From: Squalus acanthias
Taxonomy: Eukaryota
Length of the DNA stretch: 63,538 bases
Assembly (NCBI GenBank): GCA_030390025.1
Contig: JASTWF010000639.1
Location: 62,001-125,538 of the forward strand
Direction: 5' to 3'
Made by a program: the position numbers and the translations under genes. The notes under the pieces are model-generated. The model had not been told where the DNA came from. It searched no databases and saw nothing but the letters and a program-made list of their open reading frames with translations. Below, piece by piece: positions 34,001 to 42,992 of the stretch; the stretch's first letter is position 1, and each line of letters opens with the position of its first letter.

Positions 34001-37000
34001 GACCCCTTATCCTGAGACTGTGACCCCTGGTTCGAGACTCTCCAGCCAGGGGGAAACATCTTCCCTGCATCTACCCTGTCAATCCCTCTAAGAATTTGAT
34101 GTGTTTCAATGAGATCACCTCTCATTCCTCTAAACTCCAGAGAGTATAGGTCCAATCTACTCAATCTCTCCTCATAGGACAACCCTCTCATCCCAGGGAT
34201 TAATCGAGTGAACCTTCGTTGCACCGCCTCCAAGGCAAGTATATCCTTCCTCAGATAAGGAGACCACAACTGTGCACAGTGCTCCAGGTGTGGTCTCACC
34301 AAGGCCCTGTACAATTGTAGCAAGACTTCCTTACTCTTGTACTCCAAGCCCCTTGCAATAAAGCCCAACACACAATTTGCCTTGCTAATTGCTTACGATA
34401 CCTGCATGCTAACTCTCTGTGACTCGTTCTTATGTTAGTGTCAGTGGGCAGCGCTCTCACCTCTGCCTCAGAAGACTCTGGGTTAAAGTCCAGGGACTTG
34501 AGCACAAAATCTCGCCTGACATTCGAGGGCAGTACTGAGGGAGCGCCGCACTGTCGGAGGGGCGGTACTGAGGGAGTGCCGCACTGTCCGAGGGGCAGTA
34601 CTGAGGGAGCACCGCACTGTCGGAGGGGCAGCACTGAGGGAGCGCCGCTCTGTCGGAGGGGCAGCACTGAGGGAGCGCCGCACTGTCGGAGGGGCGGTAC
34701 TGAGGGAGCGCCGCACTGTCGGAGGGGCAGTACTGAGGGAGCGCCGCACTGTCGGAGGGACAGTACTGAGGGAGCGCCGCACTGTGGGAGGAGCAGTACT
34801 GAGGGAGCGTCGCACTGTCGGAGGGGCAGTACTGAGGGAGCGCCGCACTGTCGGAGGGGCAGTACTGAGGGAGCGCCGCACTGTCGGAGGGGCAGTACTG
34901 AGGGAGCGCCTCACTGTCGGAGGGGCAGTACTGAGGGAGCACCGCACTGTAAGAGGGGCAGTACTGAGAGAGCGCCGCATTGTCAGAGGGGCGGTACTGA
35001 GGGAGCGCCGCACTGTCGGAGGGGCGGCACTGAGGGAGCGCCGCACTGTCGGAGGGGCAGTACCGAGGGAGCGCCGCACTGTCGGAGGGGCGGTAGCGAG
35101 GGAGCGCCGCACTGTCGGAGGGGCAGTACTGAGGGAGCGCCTCCCCGGTGTCCTGGGGCCAATATTTAATCCTTCAATCAACATCACTAAAAAACAGATG
35201 ATCTGGGTCATTGTCACATTGCTGGTTGTGGGAGCTTGCTGTGCGCCAATTGGCTGCCGCATTTCCTACATTACGACAGTGAGTGACCACACTTCAAAAA
35301 TAAGTATTTCATTGTCTGTGAAGCGCTTCGGAACGCGTGAGGCGGTGGCGAAAGGCGCTATGCCAATGCAATACTTAGCACTGCGGAGATGTGCAGCGGT
35401 CTGCACAAGTTTCAGGCAACTGGCGACCAACGGGATTGCAAATTAACTTGTTCACAGACGGGCCCGAGGTGCTCGCCCACTCTAACTGCACCAGGGCAGC
35501 CGAGATTACGTGCGTGTGCGTGGTCGCCGCCAACCCGCCAGCCCACATCACCTGGCAGCTTCACCACGGGAACGGCCGGGGGAGGGAGGCCAAGGTTTCA
35601 GCAGAGGTCCGGGGCCAGCAGGCCACAAGCACCTTGGCGGTGAGGGCGAGCGACGGGGAATTTAACGCCCTGTGCGTCGGGAGCAACCGTCACGGGGAAG
35701 GGCGTTTGAAATTCCATTTATGCTCCAAAGGTAAGAAATTTCTTCTTCATCCGACCGCACAGGGTTTCTTCGCGGTGTTGGGGATCTTCCATGAAGTTTG
35801 GGATACTATGGAATGGAACACTCCCAGGGCAGGTACAGCACGGGTTAGATACAGAGTAAAGCTCCCTCTACACTGTCCCATCAAACACTCCCAGGGCAGG
35901 TACAGCACGGGTTAGATACAGAGTAAAGCTCCCTCTGCACTGTCCCATCAAACACTCCCAGGGCAGGTACAGCACGGGTTAGATACAGAGTAAAGCTCCC
36001 TCTACACTGTCCCATCAAACACTCCCAGGGCAGGTACAGCACGGGTTAGATACAGAGTAAAGCTCCCTCTGCACTGTCCCATCAAACACTCCCAGGGCAG
36101 GTACAGCACGGGGTTAGATACGGAGTAAAGCTCCCTCTACACTGTCCCATCAAACACTCCCAGGGCAGGTACAGCACGGGTTAGATACAGGGTAAAGCTC
36201 CCTCTACACTGTCCCATCAAACACTCCCAGGGCAGGTACAGCACGGAGTTAGATACAGAGTAAAGCTCCCTCTACACTGTCCCATCAAACACTCCCAGGG
36301 CAGGTACAGCACGGGTTAGATACAGAGTAAAGCTCCCTCTACACTGTCCCATCAAACACTCCCAGGGCAGGTACAGCACGGGGTTCGATACAGAGTAAAG
36401 CTCCCTCTACACTGTCCCAATCAAACACTGGAACTGATTTTGGATCAATATCCTCGGGGTAATCAGGATGGGAGAAAGTTGAAGAACGAAAAGGAAAAAC
36501 GTTGCATGTGTAACGGCTGTATTGCAATCCCAGTGACCGCCCATTGCTCCTTGCAGATGTACAGGACCGTGTACAGATCGGACTTGTCGGAGGGTTGTGT
36601 GGTGCACTGATCGCAGCCACCATTACGTGTTCCTTGTGTTTGCTAATCAATGTCATTCAGCTGTAAGTATCTCGATTGGTTTACTGATGGAGTTACGGAC
36701 GTCTGATGGGGTTGGTGGGGGAAATGCTGTCAGGGTGGAGGGTTAGTATGGACGGGATCGAATCCATGAGAGTGTACATGGGCTGTGGGAGGAGATTAAA
36801 TGGGTGGGTAGAGTCTGTGATAGGGGAGAGTGTACATGAGCTGTGGGAGGAGATTAAATGGGTGTGCAGAGACCGTGATAGGGGAGAGTGTACATGAGCT
36901 GTGGGAGGAGATTAAATGGGTGTGCAGAGACCGTGATAGGGGAGAGTGTCCATGGGCTGTGGGAGGAGATTAAATGGGTGGGTAAAGTCCATGATAGGGG

Positions 37001-40000
37001 AGAGTGTACACGGGCTGTGGGAGGAGATTAAATGGGTGGGTCGAATCCGTGATAGGGGAGAGTGTACATGGGCTGTGGGAGGTTGATGGGCAATATGGCC
37101 TTGGCTTGTTTTTTTGAATTCTTACCTTCTCCTGGTTGTGTTGTAGGAGGAAGAAAACGGTGCAGTCCCATCACGCTCAGATGCCCATGGACAGGCAGGA
37201 CCTTGGGCCACAGGTAGGGACAGTACAGGGGCTGATATAGTCACTGAAAACGGCAGCCTGCCCCTCAGTGCCTCCTCAAGGAATTCTGCTACAATATGGA
37301 GTGGGACAGATGAAAGGACAGATCCCAGCTCAGAGTAGAGTTTCCTGATGCCAGATTGGAGGTATTGGTGGAGGCGGCGGGGGGTGCGGGGGTAGAAACG
37401 ACAATTAACTTTACTTTCTCAGAGATAGAGAGGGGGAAAAGAGCAGCCAAGGGTCCTCTCCGGACGTGTGGGGTAATCGGGTGAAGAGCCCAGCGTCAGA
37501 TGTACGCTGCGGTCTAGACTCAAGTACATGAAGAATGGGTGAGGTATCAGAGGGCAAGCTGTTAGCTCTAGGACTGTCCCGCAGTGAGGGACTAGCGCCC
37601 CCTCCCCCAGGGAGCGTCTGTCTCCCCAGTAAGGGTCTAGACACCCAGTCTGTCTCCCAGCGAGTGTAGACGCCCAGTGAGAGCCTGGATGATAAGTTGA
37701 GTGAGTGGGCAGATACATGGCAGATGCAGTATAACGTGGATAAATGTGAAGTTATCCACTTCGGTAGGAAAAACAGAAAGGCAGAGTATTATTTAAATGG
37801 TGATAGATTGGGAAATGTTGATGTACGAAGGGAGCTGGGTGTCCTTGTACACCAGTCATTGAAAGCAAACATGCAGGTGCAGCAAGCAGTTAGGAAGGCA
37901 AATGGTATGTTGGCCTTCGTTGCAAGAGGATTTGAGTACAGGAGCAAGGATGTCTTACTACAGTTATACAGGGCCTTGGTGAGACCACACCTGGAGTACT
38001 GTGTGCAGTTTTGGTCTCCTTACCTAAGACATGATATACAGGAAACTCTTTATTAACCGGCACCGACGGGACCGGCGTGGTACCGGTTTATCGAAATTAC
38101 CGGATAACGGAGAGTTATACCTACCGAGGCTATTTTTAACAAAGAAAAATAAATAAATCAAGAAATGTGCAGTATACAGTATTTGGGTACTTTTGAAAAC
38201 TACCCCTACTGACTAAAATCGGCGTTCACGGACTCGGACTCGGGATCGGCAACATTGCCAGTTATTTGAAAGGAGTTTTCGGAGTACTCGGCGTTCGCGG
38301 AGACTCGACTGCGACTCGGCAACATTGCCGGTTATTTGAGAGGCGTTTTCGGAGGATGATTTTTGCCGGTTAAGCGAGAATTCCGGATATTTGGGTGCTG
38401 GATAAACAAAAGTTTCCTGTACTTGCCATAGAGGGAGTGCAACGAAGGTTCACCAGACTGATTCCTGGGATGGCAGGACTGTCGTATGAGGAGAGATTGG
38501 GTCGACTGGGCCTGTATTCACTAGAGTTTAGAGAATGAGAAGGGATTTCATTGAAACATATAAAATTCATGACAGGGCTAGACAGACTGGATGCAGGGAG
38601 GATGTTTCCCCTGGCTGGGGGGGTTCTAGAACGAGGGGTCACAGTCTCAGGATACGGGCTAGGACATTTAGGACTGAGATGAGGAGAAATTTCTTCACTC
38701 AGAGGGTGGTGAACCTGTGAAATTCTCTACCACAGAAGGCTGTGGAGGCCAAATCACTGAATATATTTAAGAAGGAGATAGATAGATTTCTAGACACAAA
38801 AGGCATCAAGGGGTATGGGGAGAGAGCGGGAATATGGTATTGAGATGGAGGATCAGCCATGATCATATTGAATGGCGGAGCAGGCTCGAAGGGCCGAATG
38901 GCCTACTCCTGCTCCTATTTTTTCTGGATGTCCAGTCTGTCTCCCAGTGAGAGTCTGTCTCCCCAGTGATGGTCCACACCTCACTTGGTGTCTGTACCCC
39001 ATATTCAAGGGAGGGAGCACACCTCCGCAATGGTCCGAACCCTCATTTCCCATCGAAGGTCCAGCCCGTATCCCAGGGAGGGTCCAATCCCAGTCAGGGA
39101 GTTCCTTATACCGGGAGAGGTCCACATCTCCAGGCCAGGAGACAAAACCCGGGAGTCCGACCATCTTCAGCTGCTTCATCAATGACCTTCCCCCCCAACA
39201 CAAGGTCAGAGATAGGGATGTTCGCTGATGACTGCACAGTGTTCAGTGCCATTCACAACTCCTCAGATAATGAAGCAGTCCATGCCCACATGCAACAAGA
39301 CCTGGATGATGTTCAGGCTTGGGCTGATAAGTGGCAGGTAACATTCGCGCCACACAAGTGCCAGGCAATGACTATCTCCAACAAGCGAGAGTCTAACCAC
39401 CGCCCCTTGACATTCAACAGCATTACCATCGCCGAATCCCCCACCATCAACATCCTGGGGGTCACCATTGACCAGAAACTTAACTGGACCAGCCACATAA
39501 ATACTGTGTCTACAAGAGCAGGTCAGAGGCTGGGTATTCTGCGGCGAGTGTCTCACCTCCTGACTCCCCAAAGCCTTTCCACCATCTACATGGCACAAGT
39601 AAGGAGTGTGATGGAATACTCTCCACTTGCCTGGATGAGTGCAGCTCCAACAACACTCGAGAAGCTCGACACCATCCAGGACAAAGCAGCCCGCTTGATT
39701 GGTACCCCATCCACCACCTTAAACATTCACTCCCTCCACCACCGGCGTACCGTGGCTGCAGTGTGCACCGTCTACAAGGGGCATTGCAGCAACTCGCCAA
39801 GGCTTCTTCGGCAGCACCTCCCAAACCCGCCACCTCTTCCACCTAGAAGGACAAGAGCAGCAGGCGCATGGGAACACCAGCACCTCCAAGTTCCCCTCCA
39901 AGTCACACACCATCCTGACTTGGTGATATATCGGTCATTCCTTCATCGTCGCTGGGTCAAAATCCTGGAACTCCCTCCCTAACAGCACTGTGGGAGCACC

Positions 40001-40370
40001 TTCACCACACGGACTGCAGCGGTTCAAGAAGGCGGCTCACCACCACCTTCTCAAGGGCAATTAGGAGTGGGCAATAAATGCTGACCTAGCCAGCGACACC
40101 CACATCCCATAAACAAATTTAAAAAAAAGGCTAAATTTCAACTCCTCATTCTCCCTCCAGACTGCGCAGGAGCCCACGGCCGATTCCCTGGTTTACCAGA
40201 ACCTTCAGGAAAGCTCCGGAGACGGGAACGCAAGGCAGGAGAGTTCAGAAAACCTCCATTACTGGCCCATCGACTACTCCAAGTTGCCGGTGGGCGACGG
40301 GACCGTGCGCAGGTCGGAAACCACCGAATATGCCACCATTCGGCATTCGCCGGGGGAGCGGTCGGCGTGA
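10038..40370 (+). CDS. Siglec-family (MAG/CD33-related-like) inhibitory receptor, complete spliced CDS join(10038..10083,23845..24198,26636..26941,33448..33723,35458..35730,36557..36662,37147..37213,40161..40370), 545 aa
   Basis: All introns are GT-AG with compatible phases, total 1638 nt = 546 codons including TGA. Domain order: signal peptide, V-set, 3x C2, TM, cytoplasmic ITIM/ITSM. V-set has Siglec hallmarks [15 protein letters not shown] and YHFRIE. Confidence 0.88.
10355..11030 (-). mobile_element. Tx1/L1-clade LINE 3' fragment, degenerate
   Basis: Frameshifted [47 protein letters not shown] (zinc-knuckle-like ORF2 end), then a T-rich 3' UTR. Confidence 0.65.
11035..11400 (-). mobile_element. 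Penelope-like element terminal-repeat fragment
   Basis: Hammerhead motif followed by AATAAA and ctgttggactataacctggtgttg, a layout typical of Penelope pseudo-LTRs. Boundaries approximate. Confidence 0.55.
11124..11161 (-). ncRNA. Minimal type I hammerhead ribozyme motif (Penelope-type)
   Basis: Minus strand reads TCAC CTGACGA A GGAGC AGCC GCTCC GAAA GC TT GTGA: CUGANGA and GAAA cores, 5-bp helix II, TCAC/GTGA helix I, palindromic AAGCTT in place of helix III. Confidence 0.68.
11449..12523 (+). mobile_element. Young 5'-truncated CR1 (HER1-like) with 22-bp TSD
   Basis: [17 protein letters not shown], (TTCTATG)n tail; GTACAGGAACTCGCCCAAGGTG at 11427-11448 and 12524-12545. Confidence 0.92.
12535..12607 (-). 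pseudogene. tRNA-Lys(CTT)-derived pseudogene carrying a CTC anticodon
   Basis: GCCCGGC GA GCTC AGTCAGTA GAGC A TGAGA CTCTCAA TCTCA TGGTC GTGGG TTCGTGC CCCAC CTTGGGC G (73 nt). tRNA-Lys body with T8>G, G18>A, A58>T and a C7:C66 mismatch; no adjacent oligo-T terminator. Confidence 0.82.
12880..13730 (-). mobile_element. CR1 (HER1-like) 3' fragment inserted in an older SINE-like element
   Basis: CR1 ORF2 C-terminus; host sequence resumes at about 13733 and again at about 14868. Confidence 0.85.
13746..14868 (-). mobile_element. CR1 3' fragment interrupted by an HE1-like SINE
   Basis: ORF2 motifs on both sides of the SINE. Confidence 0.82.
14137..14568 (-). mobile_element. HE1-like V-SINE (tRNA head, V-domain, CR1-derived tail), AGATC TSD
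   Basis: A box TGGCATAGTGG, B box GGTTCGAATC, V-domain gtggagtttgcacattctccccgtgtctgcgtgggtttcctccgg; AGATC at 14132-14136 and 14569-14573. Confidence 0.85.
14988..16532 (+). mobile_element. RTE-clade LINE 3' part (BovB-like) with 9-bp TSD, containing a nested CR1
   Basis: [42 protein letters not shown]; terminal CPTC...HLSTH zinc finger; AAATCAGAC at 14979-14987 and 16533-16541. Confidence 0.85.
15478..16286 (+). mobile_element. CR1 3' fragment nested in the RTE
   Basis: Open 240-aa CR1 ORF2 C-terminus; GTGGA microhomology at the 5' junction; ctatgt tail. Confidence 0.88.
16637..17250 (-). mobile_element. CR1 3' fragment inserted in an L2 element (GGAG flanking duplication)
   Basis: [15 protein letters not shown]; L2 sequence continues on both sides. 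Confidence 0.8.
17251..18365 (-). mobile_element. L2-like LINE 3' region with internal 37-bp array (about 17385-18345)
   Basis: [15 protein letters not shown] on the minus strand; tandem GGAGGAGGTTACAGAGATAGGGAGGGTTGTAGGGGCT. Confidence 0.8.
18420..19316. mobile_element. Non-autonomous PIF/Harbinger-like DNA transposon, 897 bp
   Basis: TIRs GGGGGAGAAATTCAGT / GGGGGTAAAATTCAGT; TAA duplication at 18417-18419 and 19317-19319; GCGC-rich subterminal repeats. Confidence 0.78.
19365..20222 (+). mobile_element. CR1 3' fragment (closely similar family member at about 48296-48985)
   Basis: [25 protein letters not shown]. Confidence 0.85.
20222..21165 (+). mobile_element. L2-like 3' region with internal 37-bp array (about 20262-20870)
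   Basis: [13 protein letters not shown] precedes the array; GGRAFS..LWNSLP follows it. Confidence 0.8.
22195..22757 (-). mobile_element. CR1-group LINE 3' fragment (same family as 6055-7031)
   Basis: [22 protein letters not shown]. Confidence 0.82.
22814..23785 (+). mobile_element. CR1 3' fragment with in-frame 51-bp tandem expansion (about 9 units, 22814-23257)
   Basis: ([17 protein letters not shown])n followed by a normal CR1 C-terminus. Confidence 0.9.
23845..24198 (+). CDS. Siglec V-set sialic-acid-binding domain exon
   Basis: cccag|GT...TCAG|gtgggt. A-strand Trp (LDW), Cys pair in GLCAVIPC, E-strand Cys in GDCSL, F-strand essential Arg in YHFRIE, G-strand aromatic in KYTY. Confidence 0.92.
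24225..26522. repeat. Compound 15/17/22-bp minisatellite GTTTGATGGGACAGT(GT)(AGAGG)
   Basis: Direct reading; includes a 630-bp higher-order duplication. Confidence 0.95.
26636..26941 (+). CDS. Siglec C2-set domain 2 exon
   Basis: ttag|AT...CAAT|gtaagg. [45 protein letters not shown], typical Siglec domain 2 including the extra inter-domain Cys. Confidence 0.9.
27090..31277. repeat. C-rich 26/34-bp minisatellite, about 4.2 kb
   Basis: CCCCACATCCCTCAACCCCACC(CACCCACC)TTC[T/G] in tandem. Confidence 0.97.
31278..31915. mobile_element. Two oppositely oriented L2-like 3' fragments
   Basis: Similar to the L2 tails at 17251-17390 and 20870-21165. Confidence 0.65.
32060..33420 (+). mobile_element. 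CR1 3' fragment with 98-bp tandem expansion (about 32560-33040)
   Basis: FADDTKL; TTGACCA recurs ending at 32664, 32762, 32860 and 32958. Confidence 0.88.
33448..33723 (+). CDS. Siglec C2-set domain 3 exon
   Basis: ttcag|AT...GAGT|gtaagt. [37 protein letters not shown]. Confidence 0.92.
34436..35380 (+). mobile_element. Deu-domain-like SINE with 33-bp array (duplicate of 985-2075, fewer units)
   Basis: Same flanks, shorter array. Confidence 0.75.
35458..35730 (+). CDS. Siglec membrane-proximal Ig domain exon
   Basis: cacag|AC...AAAG|gtaaga. [34 protein letters not shown] resembles the C...CxC membrane-proximal domain of MAG and CD33-related Siglecs. Confidence 0.9.
35817..36428 (+). repeat. 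67-bp minisatellite (about 9 units)
   Basis: Duplicate of 2512-3330, about three units shorter. Confidence 0.95.
36557..36662 (+). CDS. Siglec transmembrane exon ([36 protein letters not shown])
   Basis: tgcag|AT...CT|gtaagt. Hydrophobic stretch with no charged residue. Not in the ORF track. Confidence 0.88.
37147..37213 (+). CDS. Siglec juxtamembrane cytoplasmic exon ([22 protein letters not shown])
   Basis: tgtag|G...CAG|gtaggg. Phase 2 to phase 0; supplies the basic RKK stop-transfer motif. Confidence 0.8.
38039..38419. mobile_element. Same Tigger-like MITE in duplicate copy 2
   Basis: Same TIRs, TA TSD and length. Confidence 0.85.
40161..40370 (+). CDS. Siglec last coding exon with LVYQNL, LHYWPI, IDYSKL and TEYATI motifs
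   Basis: ctccctccag|ACT...TGA, 70 codons including stop; ITIM-like motifs followed by a distal ITSM. Confidence 0.9.
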   Translation, partial: TAQEPTADSLVYQNLQESSGDGNARQESSENLHYWPIDYSKLPVGDGTVRRSETTEYATIRHSPGERSA

Positions 40371-40689
40371 CGCATCATCGCTGCTTCAAGGGGAGGTCGA
40401 AGATCCTGCCGGAACCGTTGGAGGAAGAGCAGGGGTGGGGAGAGTTCTCCCCAGCGCCCTGGGCCAATGTTCCTCCATCAAACAAGAACACTCCCTTCCC
40501 TAAACCTCTCAGCCTCTCTCTCCACCTTCAAGCGACTTCTTAAATCCTTTTGGTCACCTGTCCTAATACCTCATGTGGCTCGGTTTCAAATTTTGTCTGA
40601 TAATCGCTCCTGTGAAGCGCCTTGGGACGTTTTACTACATTAAACACGCTATATAAATACAAGTTGTTATTGGTGTTGTTCTACATACA

Positions 40690-41185
40690 GGGGGCAGCAC
40701 TGAGGGAGCGCCGCACTGTGGGAGGGGCTGTACTGAGGGAGCGCCGCACTGTCGGAGGGGCAGTACTGAGGGAGCGCCGCACTGTCGGAGGGGCGGTACT
40801 GAGGGAGCGTCGCACTGTCGGAGGGGCAGTACTGAGAGAGCGCGGCACTGTCGGAGGGGCGTTACTGAGGGAGCGCGGCACTGTCGGAGGGGCGGTACTG
40901 AGGGAGCGCCGCACTGTCGGAGGGGCAGCACTGAGGGAGCGCCGCACTGTCGGAGGGGCGGTACTGAGGGAGCGCCGCACTGTCGGAGGGGCGGTACTGA
41001 GGGAGCGCCGCACTGTCGGAGGGGCGGTACTGAGAGAGCGCCGCACTGTCGGAGGGGCGGTACTGAGGGAGCGCCGCACTGTCGGAGGGGCAGTACTGAG
41101 GGAGCGCCGCACGGTCGGAGGGGCAGTACTGAGGGAGTGCCGCACTGTCGGAGGTGTCTTTCGGATGAGATGTTACACTGAGCCC
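40690..41185 (+). repeat. 33-bp SINE-derived minisatellite
   Basis: Same unit followed by the start of the Deu-like body. Confidence 0.9.
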
Positions 41186-42841
41186 CGATAGTTTAGATGA
41201 ATGTTAACGAATCCGTGATAGTCTTCGAAGATCTCTCTCTGGGTCCAAGCCAACAATTCTTCCTCAATCAACACCTAACCGTTTGGATTTCAGATTCCCA
41301 TCAATCAGCGCAGGTGCTTTGCATTGAGAATATTGCAAGTGGGCAGATACAAGGCAGGCGTTTACTGCTGAGAGTGGGGCACAGAATCTCTCTCACTCTC
41401 TCTCACACAGACACAGCTCCTGAATCCATGGGTCCCAGCAGAATTGCCTGTCCTACTGTGATAATCTCTCCCGTGCTGAGCAGCGCCGCTGCAAAGCCAC
41501 GAGGCAGGGGAACTAAACCTTCACGGGCAAGTTTCCAAACTTCAGTTTAAAAAAAAAAGAACTTTTTTTTTAATTTCTGCACCATAAATCGAGTTACTAA
41601 ATTGTGCGTCTACACATTTTGTTGTAAATACATTTGGAATCACGAGGTAATGCACGCCGAGGAGTGAAGGGGACAAGGCGTCAGTTTAAGGGGGAAGCCC
41701 TTTGATGTTTCGGGGGGGGCTGGGACGAGTGTTGGTGCAACACCTCGATGCTGCCAGCAGGTGGCGGTGTTCGAACAATGCCGACAGCGCCCTCTACGGG
41801 AGGCGAACCGCAGGTGCTTGGGGAAAAAGTCGTTCCCGATTGAGGGAAGTGGGGGCGAGGCATTCTTCCCCCACCCCTCCCCGACCACCTTGGCACGGCC
41901 CCCCCCGCCCCCTTAATTTGCAGCTTTTATGGGGCAAACTTCAAAAAGCAGGGCAGGCGAGATAGAATGCACATGTCCAGCAGAGTGCCCTATCTCGGCC
42001 TGGGGCGGGGGGAGGGGGAAGTGGGCAATAGAAATAGGAGTGTGTCGCTATAAAGAAGTCAACAGCCGGGAAGGTTCTGCCCACTGCGGCCGACAGGAAT
42101 GAAAGAATCCGTCGGGAATACCGATTCGGGAAACCAGGCACTTGGGGAAAAAAAAGGGGCCTCGGCCGATCAAATGGTCTGAAAACTCCCGACACACAAT
42201 GAAGAAATCTCCGGTTTTCCCATTGGATGATGGAGATAGGAGGAAGAGACGGAGGCGGGAAGAGGAGACAAAGGAACAGGAGATGAGGAAGGAGGAGGAG
42301 ACGGAGTTAAGCGGCCGCGCGCTACACAGCGATCACCGTCCCCCCCACCTCCCCATCACTCCCAAATGCGCATCCCTTCCCATTCAGATTATCTTTCGTT
42401 CGAGAACAAACCGCTGTCGTTCCTTAAAAAAAAACAGACCCATCTCCGTAACACACCCGTTCTGCGCGTGGAAGAATCAAAGTTCCGCTCAGGGGGCGCG
42501 ATTCTTGTGAGAATTCTCATCCGAAGAGGTCCAGGAGTAGCAGGCGGTATCAGAACAGAAGGGAGACCGCACGAGATGGGTCTCTGCTGAAATCCCGCTT
42601 TAACTCGTATCAAAGTTGTCCCGCGACAAAGTGGGGGGGGGTTGGAAAATAAAAAAGAGAGAGAGATTCAGGGTCATCCTGATTGCATAAGCGAGGCAAC
42701 TCCATGCTTTGAGATCTTCACCAGCCTGACGTTTATCCGTTGGTCTCAATGCTACTGTAGGCTCCTGAAGTTTCTCAGCCTGGTCCAGCTTCTCCGAGAT
42801 CCTTCCCCCGCCCCCCCACCGGAGACCGGGACGAGCCGCAA

Positions 42842-42992
42842 TCACAAGCTGCGCCGGAGACCTTTCTCGGTGCCAATCTCCACCGTGATGTTGGTGTACA
42901 GGGGCAGGTGCTCCTTGGCGAGGACGATGTACTCCAGCCCGTTCATCCCGTCTGCCTTCCAGGACCTCTTCGTCTTGGCCAACAAGTTGAAC
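42842..42992 (-). CDS. B4GALT3: B4GALT3-like last coding exon
   Basis: [42 protein letters not shown] then stop. Confidence 0.92.

Noticed and set aside
36557-36662. Paired activating/inhibitory Siglec system
   Set aside because: Both visible copies have the same uncharged TM and ITIM tail; no activating partner is in the window.
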